A DNA stretch of 64,000 nt from Octopus vulgaris. Its lineage: Eukaryota. Each line of letters opens with the position of its first letter. The first letter of the stretch is position 1. Below the pieces are notes generated by a model. The model ran no database searches. It was given only the letters and a program-made list of their open reading frames with translations, and was not told the DNA's origin. Shown one piece after another: positions 53,262 through 64,000 of this stretch. The stretch covers positions 37,324,001 to 37,388,000 of the forward strand of contig OX597830.1 in NCBI GenBank assembly GCA_951406725.2. The letters are read 5' to 3'. Made by a program: the position numbers and the translations under genes.

Positions 53262-53600
53262 GGGTAAAGACCCCCTTCGTTCATGAATGACCATAGGATT
53301 GCACCTAGAAAGTTACCCTCCTAGACACAAGTCCGGGCAAGGTTGTTTATGGAAGACCAGCAGTCGCCCATGCATACAAGCCTCCCCTCTCCACGCCACC
53401 AGTGTTATCCAAGGGAAAGACAAAGGTCGATACAGCTTGGCACCAGTGACGTCGCAACTCATTTCTACAGCTGAGTGAAGTGGAGCAACGTGAAATAAAG
53501 TGCCTTGCTCAAGAACACAACACGCAGCCCGGTCCGGGATTCGAGCTCACAACCTCACGATCGTAAGCTCGACGCTCTAACCACTGAGCCATGCGCCTTC
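53262..53600 (-). mobile_element. Full-length tRNA-derived SINE family D
   Basis: Minus head GAAGGCGCATGGCTCAGTGGTTAGAGCG (A box)..GAGCTCGAATCCC (B box), then GTTCTTGAGCAAGGCACTTT. Confidence 0.85.
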
Positions 53601-53611
53601 TATCTATACAT

Positions 53612-53642
<31 letters not shown>

Positions 53643-53643
53643 T

Positions 53644-53674
<31 letters not shown>

Positions 53675-53744
53675 CATATATATACATATATATATATATA
53701 TGTATATATATATAAGTATATATATGTGTGTGTATGTGTGTGTA

Positions 53745-54738
53745 TGGGCGGGCAAAACTCCCGAGATCCATGGACGAGTTCTCTCCAGCGGTCTTTATCT
53801 TTCATCATCGCTGATATGTCCTGTGTCTCCCAGAGACTAGTTTCTGTCCTTATGGCATTAACATATGTCAGGCCCGGCCTTACTCTTCTAGTGTGTGCGT
53901 GTAGGCCTTCTCACTGGAGCACTGAGTGCAGCATCAACTCTGAATGATGGTGAGCATGTCTAGCTAACATCAGTCTCCTCCGTGTTATTTTCAAGTTAAC
54001 TATTGGAAGGCTATAGTACATGTCTGAGACCTTCATCCACAGTATATACTGATTAATTATCAAAGCCATCCTCAATATTCTCGTTTAGCACCCGTCCATC
54101 GTCTGAGTGAGCTTCAGATCCGTGCAACAGCACAGACTCCACTGCAGCGTCGAAGAGCCGGATCTTCAGGTCTTTACGAAGGTCCGACTTCCATACAGAT
54201 CTCAAACTGTGGCATGCTGCCCAAGCTTTACTCTTCCTCTCACCTATATCACCTCTGTGTTCCCAATCTTTGCTTCGAGATACAGGAAGTCCTCAACCAA
54301 CTGTAGTGACTTCCCACCTACATTCATTACCTTCTCTGACTTCGTAATGTTCTCTACCGGATAATTCGTCTTAATTTCATTCATTTTCAGCCCCCACACT
54401 AATCGACACAACCTCCACTGCCTGCATCAATTTCTCTGCCTCCCTCACCGTATTTGTCACCAAAACTATGTCGTCACCAAATTCAGTATCTGATATGTTT
54501 TTAGCTTTGACCATCCTACTCTGAGTCGCCGCTGCAGTAAAGTCAGAGCCCTGGTGCTTCTCTAACGCAAGGCACATAAAATAGTCCACTCCAATGATAA
54601 AAAGTTAGGGAGCCAACGTGTCACTTTGAAGCACTGGAGCCAGTTTCTCAAAGAACTTCGTTATCTCATCAAGTGTAATGAATTGGGCTCTGGCGTTGGT
54701 ATAGAGCAGTGATAACTTCTTGGGGATTCCATATGTCT
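53745..54738 (-). mobile_element. RTE-clade LINE, 5'-truncated and decayed RT
   Basis: VLQSDTLAP*LFIIGVDY (QG motif), DTEFGDDIVL (FADD), EDFLYL, WAACHSLRSVWKSDLRKDLKIRLFDAAVESVL. Confidence 0.85.
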
Positions 54739-55191
54739 ATAGAGAAATATATATGTGTTTGTGTGTATGAAATTTTATAATTAAAAAATAATTAAAATAG
54801 AGGCTTCACTATGTCCCAGCATGCTAGAAATAAGGATGAAAATATTCAAAGAAGACACCGAACTCACTGAAAAGCATAACAAACCAACAGAAATCGGGCG
54901 AACGAGGAGAGAAAATCTAACATTTGAACTCAACTAACCTGAAAGCTGTAGGATTAGTGGAGTATTTCAACTCTTATTCCTAGCAATTTGGTACTTAGTG
55001 TACTCTCTGTTATAATTATTTATTAATTAAGAAATTTTATTGATTTGCCATATAACGGCATTAATCCTTGCTGGCCACCAATATTGCTATTATTTTTATA
55101 ATTGATTATTTATATATTTACTTCTAATGATGATAATAACAATATCTATAAGAATATTCATTCGAATATGTACGCATTTATTGTGTGTACG

Positions 55192-55248
<57 letters not shown>

Positions 55249-55642
55249 ATGTATAACATGTATAACACATACACAAACAACTACATATATATATACACTA
55301 ACATAGACATATACGTGTGTCTCTGTATTTGTTTGCGCATATGCGTGTTAACTGAAAGATTCATTTAATGTTAATTTCGTTCAAAGTTTTCAGCGTGATT
55401 CTGTTTTCAAAAGGAACCAGCCATTTTGTTTTCGTTTCTTTGTTCAAAATGATTTGGTATCGGGCATAGTCATATGTTATGTTTAGAATCCTTCGGTTGT
55501 AACGCCTATAGGATACATATTCACTTTGTTGTGTTCCACAGGGTTAGATTAAAATTGTAGATGATATATATTCAATGGAATTTTGCCGACATTTCCCCCT
55601 CCAACATATTTGGCTTTTGGCTATAACTATTTTCAATTATTT

Positions 55643-56041
55643 TCTTTTACTTATTGCAGTCATTTGGCTGCGCCATTTTGGAGCACCGCCGAGACTTAAT
55701 CTTTGTAAGCATAGTATTTATTCTATCGATCTCTTTTGCGGAATCGTTAATCTACGGAAATGTGAACACACCAGCATCGGTTGTCAAGCGATGGCTGGGG
55801 AACAAACACAGACTACACACAAACACACACACATACAAACACACAAACACAGACACAGTCACAAACATATATATATATATATATACAACGGGCTTCTTTC
55901 GGTTTCTGTCTACCAGATCCACTCTCAAGGCTTTGGTCAGCTCGAGGCTACAATAGAAGACAAGGTGCCACATAGTGGGACGGAATCCTGGACCATGTAG
56001 TTGATGAGCAAGCTACTTACTCCCACAGTCGTGCCTGCACC
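55643..56041 (-). mobile_element. SINE family A
   Basis: GGAGCACCGCC..CACCAGCATCGGTTGTCAAGC..ACAGTCGTGCCTGCACC. Confidence 0.85.
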
Positions 56042-56749
56042 TATGTTTTCTTATTCTCTAAAACGCTGAACAATATGGCAACATTTAAACAATTCTTAAA
56101 AAAGTCACTTATGAAAAATTCATTTTATAAGTGAAATCGCATATCTGGCATATCTTCGAGTTTGAGTTCTCTGAAATTGTTTACAATATTTCCACAATGC
56201 ATATATCTTTCCGCAATTATATTTGCGTCTGTGCAGTTCGTTAACGTTAAAAACGTGAAAAAATGTCAGTTATGTCTCTCATTTTACTTGCTTATAATAT
56301 CAATTTTACGATTTAACATTATTGATTTTAATATAATTTTCTATGCACTCTGTAGGTCAATGCTTCTATAATATGCTGCATTCTCTTCGCACAAGCAGGC
56401 TAACAACAAACACAGTCCTAGTAGGCATTTTTACATTTTTTAGTATACATTTTAGCATATATGCATTCATACCAATTGGCTTATGCACACGTCACATGTA
56501 AGTTCTGACAGCATGTAAATTTTTAAATATATAGTTATATGAGCGTGACCGTTTCATTGTATATGTTTGCATGTGTGAATGTGAGAGTGTAATCTTTATT
56601 AAACTGATAGTATATCCTAATTGAATGGCATTAAATGTTACTAATATGTATATATATATATATATGAATAGCAGCTAATTTGTTTCGAAGAGAAAATCTG
56701 AAATTATGCTCAGCTTGTCAATGCTTTCAAACTTTATCTTGTAGGCGAA

Positions 56750-56850
<101 letters not shown>

Positions 56851-56872
56851 CATTCATATATATATATGTATG

Positions 56873-56910
<38 letters not shown>

Positions 56911-57925
56911 CTTGTGTGTGTGCGTGTTTGTGTGTGTGTGTTTGTGTGTGCGTGAATTCTTACTCAAACGAAATAATGCTTGCATTTGAATCCATATTTT
57001 TAATGGAATCAGTCTCACTCATATTTCATCAGATGAGAAATAAACATTTAGATAATCAAACACGTTTTCATCTACATTTAATATGCAAAAATTTACATAC
57101 AATTTTCCTTCACATCCTGTCTTACTTTTGCGAACTGAAAAATTAAATAATAAAATTCTAATTTTTTTGTTTTTGGAAAATGACTTCATGGCAGGATAAT
57201 AATTCACGTTCGTTCCTCTTTATGAGAACCGCATTCAGAACAAACGACAAATATTCTTTACAAATAACGACATTATAACTATTTTGGGGTATGAACTGTT
57301 AAGTTTATAAATTCATAACATTTTTTGTTTAAATATACTATATTGTTTCAATCTTATTTCAAGATTTGTTATTAGTTTGAAAATTAAAGACTCCATTACA
57401 CTTTCATATTAAAACTGCTCAGAATATATTTAATGCGAAAAACAAATAAATGGAAATATATACATTGCATATTTATAGGTTTGCTATTAGAAAACACGAG
57501 GCAAATTAGATAGATGTATTTAAATAAATTCTACGTTGCATAAATATTTATAAAACAGTGACGTATAAAGTTATAAATGCTTTTTATTTACGAATTCGAA
57601 TTTTTTAGACAAAATTCAGATAACATTCATATCTTGAGAAAACTAAGTTAAACGAAATATGTTTGTTATTCGTACAAATGATATGTAATAATGAAATTAT
57701 CTCCCTACAGTTTTCTCCACATTATAATTGTGAAGTCTTATATAGTTGTAGAAAAAGATAACCGGTATGTTTTAGGGCAAACACTTAACGTCTCTATCGA
57801 ATTGAAAGAAATAAACTCCACTTCTTCCAATAATTTCTGCCTTTATGGTCTATATAACTGCTGTGTAGGTTGTAGCTCTCTCTCTCTCTCTCACTCACTC
57901 TCTTTATATTTCCAGTTCTTTCATT

Positions 57926-58008
<83 letters not shown>

Positions 58009-58026
58009 TATGTGTATATATATATG

Positions 58027-58400
58027 AGCAAAACATCCACCGTCCAATGGACAGTGCTGAGTTGTCAAACATTTAAACCAGATTTTCTCAAAACAACTTG
58101 TCTGACCGTCCCATAGGCCATCCTTTTTGAGAAACACTATTTCACCTGAATTTGAGACATGAGCAAAAGAAGAAGTAAAGATAGACTTTTTTTCTATTTC
58201 CAGAAAAACTATTTGACAAAGCACGTTCCCACGGTTTTATCGATCGCATTCTCACTCGGAACCGATTTTTATAATTTTGTCAAGAATTATACACGCCCGG
58301 ATATCGTCGGTATCTACATATCAAATTTGAGCGCAATCGGATGGAGGATACCCGAGATCCTAGAAGACACACAGAGAGACATAACGGATTTTATATTATA
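58027..58400 (-). mobile_element. Non-autonomous Helitron-like element
   Basis: Minus start TATAATATAAAATCCGTTATGTCTCTCTGTGTGTC..CCGATTGCGCTCAAATTTG is in the style of non-autonomous Helitron 5' ends. Embedded in (TA)n. Confidence 0.45.
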
Positions 58401-58465
58401 TATATATATATATATATACCTATACATACATATATAAAAATATATACATATACATACACATATAT

Positions 58466-58514
<49 letters not shown>

Positions 58515-59069
58515 AGTCAAAGAATGGAGTATCTAAGATCTGTGTCGTTTTCTATTTTTTAATAAAAACCCAATCGAATATATCCCCATGCGAAATATTC
58601 CTCCCTCCACTAAACCCAGAACTGAAACCAGTTACGAACCCCACCACCACCACCATGTAATGAACATAAAGTTACCCTTTCCCCACAACTCCCAAATCCA
58701 TCCAAATTTCAGAGTAACAGTTGATGTAACAGATGACTCCAAATCTTATATACATCGCAACTCACCGAAACAGACAGCAGCGTGCATCTCCAAAACCCTA
58801 TCCCCACCCAGTTAACCTCCCCACTAATAGGATTAAACGAACAAGAACTCGGGATGTTATCTGATGTCACCCTGCCCTTCACTCTTAATTTTCAGACTCG
58901 AATACTTAAACTCTTCCCTACCTTACTCGAAAAACATTACCATAAAGAAGAAACAAATAAATCCACAACCAGCTGACCCCCACCTTAATAACTTAAATTA
59001 ACAAAACCCCCACCTTCATACATATAAACCTAAAACAGCTACTGGCCCTCTTAACACCACCAACCCTCA

Positions 59070-59420
59070 TAATTCTACTAATACTACTAACTCTATGTTG
59101 GCCCTTTATGGGTAATAAACAACAAATTCTTAAATTTACCACAACGTCCAATTATACCAGTTCTGAAAATAGAGAACGGCACAACGATACCACCGGGCAC
59201 GATAATTATCATATTATACAACCCCGCAACACCAGCCTCAACTCTGTAACGAATACTAATCTCAAAGTCAACAATAATAACGCCGGTTCCTCGCTCCAAA
59301 ATTATTTTCCTCACAAGTTCATCCGAAACACTCCCTATAAACCTATGTACCTGCCAACGCCCAACCTCCTGTCCTTTAAATAACTGCTGTCTCACAAAAA
59401 ACTTCCTCGCAGGCAAGCAA
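59070..59420 (-). mobile_element. Possible non-LTR ORF1 remnant (RRM-like plus decayed zinc knuckle)
   Basis: VHRFIGSVSDELVRKIILERG.., followed in another frame by RICCL..KGQHRVS. Strong strand skew over 58560-59600. Confidence 0.3.
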
Positions 59421-60188
59421 ACACAGTTCTCAAAAATAATTGAGAATTCAATTCCCGAATTAAATTAATTTGGCGGCGAAACACACCTCCAGACAGCAGT
59501 TCTCACAGTTAAGTGAGAAAAACACACGTCTCTAGCGCAGGCAGACCAAAAGCTAAGAATCCAGATTCAAAAAGCAAAAAGGGGTCTTACCTTACATTAG
59601 AGCGTCTTTCAAATACAATTTTCGTCCGCTGCACACCAGCATGATGACTTCAATGGTACAGTGAAGAATACTAAGGACTTCTTACCACACTGCCACTCCT
59701 GCGTATGTGTATGGAAGGCTTCTGACATCTCCCAGGCTTGATGACTCTACAGTCTGCACAAAATAACTTCCCATAAATGTTAGAAGATCAAAAGTATCAA
59801 ATCGGTCGTAAAATTTATACTTTGCAACAAAACTTTTTAAAAAATTAACGTATCGACACCGCCTTCATTTTGCGAGTTGGATTGAAGTGTATTTCATTTC
59901 ATTGTCACATGTGCAAACAATTTTTTAGTTTGCACACGTTCATATTTCCAGTGTAAAACTAATGCTTCACTTTCCTTCTAATACTTCTCAGTACATCTAT
60001 GAATATTTTGATATGCACTCTAATTTTTATGAGATTTAAGATAGATATTAAACGGAAAATATTTACTCTTTACCCCCCAGTGAATGTTTTGCTAGAAAAT
60101 ATAATGTTCCGCATTTGTTGCTTCACACCTTTCAAACAAGAATATTGTGATATCTGTCTAGCAATTTCTCTCTCTCCCCGCCTCTCTC

Positions 60189-60232
<44 letters not shown>

Positions 60233-60344
60233 CAGGCATAAATGTTCACATAAGTGTATATGTACATATTTACATATACACACAAAGACATTTATGTATA
60301 TATATGTATATATACAGATGTACGTCTCTTTCTCTCTCTCTCTC

Positions 60345-60403
<59 letters not shown>

Positions 60404-61464
60404 GTGTGTGTATGTGTGGGTTCGTGTGTGTATGTGTGTTTGTGTGTGCAATAATTTTATGCATCTACTCCGTGTAGTAGATATTCATAGTTAAATTAAA
60501 TGCAGTTATACTATAGTTATTCATATCCTGAGCTGTGAAGAAACAGCAGTGTGAATACATTTTGTTTTAATCGCCTATTTTTCTGTGTGAGTGGAGTAAT
60601 ATTATTCACATCTGTCTTATTGTCAATGGTTTCGTGGGTGCAAACACATACGTAATACTGTTATGTCTATATTTTGCTTATAGTTATAATGGACATTTTT
60701 TTTTTACTTAGTAGATTTAATTGAAACATTCTTTTTATCTCAAATACTGTAAAGATGTATGTATAACATACATCTTTTTAGAAATGATTTTCAATAACAT
60801 ATAAACATGCTTCGCGTGGATGGTGGTAAGAGGTTTGTTGCCTGACTACAATGACTTCAGGTTCAATCGACTCAGGGCAATATAAATAGAAACGATTATA
60901 GTTGGAATGCATTTGGGATAAGTCAGCATCTTGAGGATAGAGGATACACGTACTAATGTTTTGTCAGGAGCACCCAGGAAAAGTTGGAATGAAACCAGCA
61001 GCTCATTGAGAGATTTCAACGTCTTCAAGACAACGCCTCATGGGCCACTCCTAAGGTGTCCAGCGTCAAGTAATATCCAGGACCTTTCTCCCGTTTATTT
61101 CAAGAGATACTGGTGTCAGTAAAAAACACTCTACTTTGCAGAACATGGAAAATTTGCGAGAGCAGCATCCATTATTTCCAGAAATGTAGCTGCAGAACTT
61201 CCAATCGACTAGGAGCAACTGTGAAACATTTTACGACATGAAATAGTCCATGAGAACAAGCCTTCCTCGGCATACAATTGTAATTAATATTCGCTAAGGG
61301 ATCAGAAGCCTACTTACTCAGAGTACAGCATTCACACTAACGGTGGAGCGTTACGAAATATGATTCACTTTTAAATTGTTACTAGAAATAATAATTAGTA
61401 ATATTTCGAGTCCTTTTCATTTATTTGTACATACACACATACATACATATATATATACATATAC

Positions 61465-61739
<275 letters not shown>

Positions 61740-61744
<5 letters not shown>

Positions 61745-62165
61745 TGAATTGAAGAAATGGAGTTGAACGAAGATTGAACAGAAATCTTTTGGCCATGGGC
61801 TCTTAGGAGCCGCGTTCGATTTGTTTTGCTCCGCCTCTGTTCTGTTTTTGTTTTTTCCAACGGATTTCCTATTTCTTCCTGAAGAGAAAGACACAATATG
61901 GTCTCATTATTCAATCGGAATTTGGTAAATTGTGCCTTTCGAAACACGTGTAGAATGCAATAAAACGATTTCTGTTCAATCTTCGTTCAACTCCATTTCT
62001 TCAATTCACTAATAATATTAAAATTCAATTATCCGCACCAACGCACGGTTGCAAAACCATATGGTTGTACCTCCAACCGTGCTGTCTTCTGCTGTGATTT
62101 TTGCTACCAAGGTATCGGTTAAACTTTTGATTAATCTGCAACAAGATTATTCATCTTTCTATTTC

Positions 62166-62169
<4 letters not shown>
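61740..62169 (+). mobile_element. Penelope-like pLTR insertion with inverted 5' piece, in (TA)n
   Basis: 61740-61786 is the exact reverse complement of 61967-62013. Contains a hammerhead; TA tracts on both sides. Confidence 0.8.
61876..61955 (+). ncRNA. Canonical type I hammerhead ribozyme motif
   Basis: TTC-CTGAAGA-GAAAGACACAAT..ATTGTGCCTTTC-GAA-ACACGTGT-A-GAA. 12-bp stem II with one mismatch, palindromic stem III, GUA cut after 61952. Confidence 0.85.
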
Positions 62170-62226
<57 letters not shown>

Positions 62227-63714
62227 CACTTGCCCAAGATTTCACGCAGTGGGGATGAAATATATATATATATATTTTTTTTTTGTGTGCATGTGTGGTG
62301 TGTATGTTTGGTTGTGTGCGCGTGTCTGTGTCTGTGCTTGTGTCTGTTGCTCACCACGGCTTGCAAACCAATGTATTCTGTCTACCTCTATATAATCTTA
62401 GCTGTTCGGTAACAGAAATCGATAGAATAAGTATCGGACTTTGATAATTAGTCTAGCAATTGAAACAAATAAAAGAATATATATGCGTGTGTGTGTGTTT
62501 GTGCGTGTATTTATGTTTGTATGTATGTGTGCGTGTGTGTTTGTGTTTGTGTGTGTGCATCAGAGTCTTGTTGAATTGACTTGCCATGAAATGTTCTTAT
62601 GTTGTCTCTTAGTTATATTACTGCGCAATTATATTTATGAGGGTACATTTATAACATATAATGTTTATATGTTAACAAATTAATTTTGATTGCAGAACAG
62701 GCTCCGTATTTTCTCGTAATCTCTCCGTAGCTACACTTTGTACTCACTCAACAGCTGTGTACTCTCGGAGTGCCTATTCAGTCGTGATGCACCCAATCCC
62801 ACGTTAATATTCTCGCTGTTGAGCACAAATATTTGTTAGTTTCCTCATGAGTTGTTCAGTAAATTATTTAGATGTTCTAAATTATAGGATGCGGTATTCC
62901 AAGTCTGAAACGACCTTTGCCTACCTCCACCTATCCGTTTACAATACAACTTACCACAATCAAATATTGTCGACGAAAATACCAGTAGTTTTCAGTTTGT
63001 TTCTGATCATGATGTCCAATTTCCTGAACACTCAAGTGTCCCAAAATGTTGGCACTAACAACTGGTTCTACGAAAGCATTATGGGATGTAATCTTACAGG
63101 ATGCATGTTGTTCTCTTATCAATATAATATTTTTCGTTTGATTAACAATTATAAACATTTATCCTCACCGGTGTCCATTCCCATAACCCGTCTGGTTGTT
63201 GTAACAAGTTATAACTGTTTCATGTTATGAATATTACTTGGATACCTGGATACAGCTTATGCCATCAACAGAGAGGCAATGGCTGACATTTTTCGCTTCC
63301 ACAAATAATAGCAGTTCACATTTGCAATGAAGAATTTAAATAAAGGAGTATGTTACAAGAATGGAAAGTACCACTGACCAACTCGTACCCAGGAATATTC
63401 CCACAGGTAACCTACTTCTGGTAATGATCATAGTTATAGCTTCCATTGATATCGATTGTTCTGTAGAATATGTTATTGTCAGTCTCTTAAAAGCACAAAC
63501 TATCGTAAATGGAAAATGTTCATGACGCAGTGATTCTAGTGTATACGTGTGAAGAGCAGAATAAAGTGAATTATTAAAGTGTATTAAAATGCTGAAAAGG
63601 TGCTGCCTGGTACAACTACACACTTCTTTCTTACCCGCTGCCCACGCATAATTCACCGCGTTGTTTCATTCGTAGTAATGTCTGAGAAACACATCCAAGT
63701 AAACTGCCTACACA

Positions 63715-64000
63715 TCTTTATATATAAAAGTGAGGTTGTGTGCTGTCTGTCTCCTACGATTTAGATTCCTAACTACTCCCACATTTTGCGGTGCAGTTTA
63801 GCCAAAACCGGGTATCTTATAGTCGTGATTCATATCGAGCCCTTCTGGGTATTAGCGCGCGTCTACGATGAGTCTACGATTTAAAAATGCATTTTAATGC
63901 ATTTTTGGCTTATATAAGGGAAGTAACTCTGTAAAAATTTATTATTAAATCTCAGAACGTAAAAAGCTACAGTAACACCACCCCCTTTGTGATTAGCCAT
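63715..64000 (+). mobile_element. Non-autonomous Helitron-like element, 5' end (runs off the window)
   Basis: A|TCTTTATATATAAAAGTGAGGTTGTGTGCTGTCTGTC: 5' TC after A, in the style of Helitron 5' ends. Confidence 0.55.

Noticed and set aside
58560-59600. NUMT, suggested by C/A strand skew
   Set aside because: No recognisable mitochondrial protein or RNA motifs; it fits a retroelement remnant better.
63336-63656. 106-aa minus ORF with a hydrophobic C-terminus
   Set aside because: No recognisable domain or exon boundaries.

Overview
AT-rich, repeat-dominated animal DNA with no intact protein-coding gene I can support. The mix of long (TA)n/(CA)n/(ATCT)n/(ATT)n tracts and several tRNA-derived SINE families looks cephalopod (Octopus-like); that is my recognition, not a verified assignment. 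Most ORF-track entries are microsatellite translations. Recognisable parts are four SINE families, R4/Dong-type and RTE-type LINE remnants, Tc1/mariner fragments, a MITE, and Helitron/Helentron-type elements. The main signal is RNA structure. At 5940-9540, seven 493-494 bp tandem units each carry a minus-strand type I hammerhead-ribozyme fold. Its core is non-canonical (CCGAAGA), stem III is palindromic, and stem II shows a compensatory change. The array ends in an inverted partial unit and sits in (TA)n, which is the Penelope-pLTR/retrozyme architecture, and self-cleavage would release ~493-nt monomers. Further intact or decayed hammerhead motifs, from families with no sequence similarity I can see, are scattered across the window, mostly beside TA microsatellites. 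One pair brackets a copy of nearby genomic DNA. All folds were done by eye and activity is untested.
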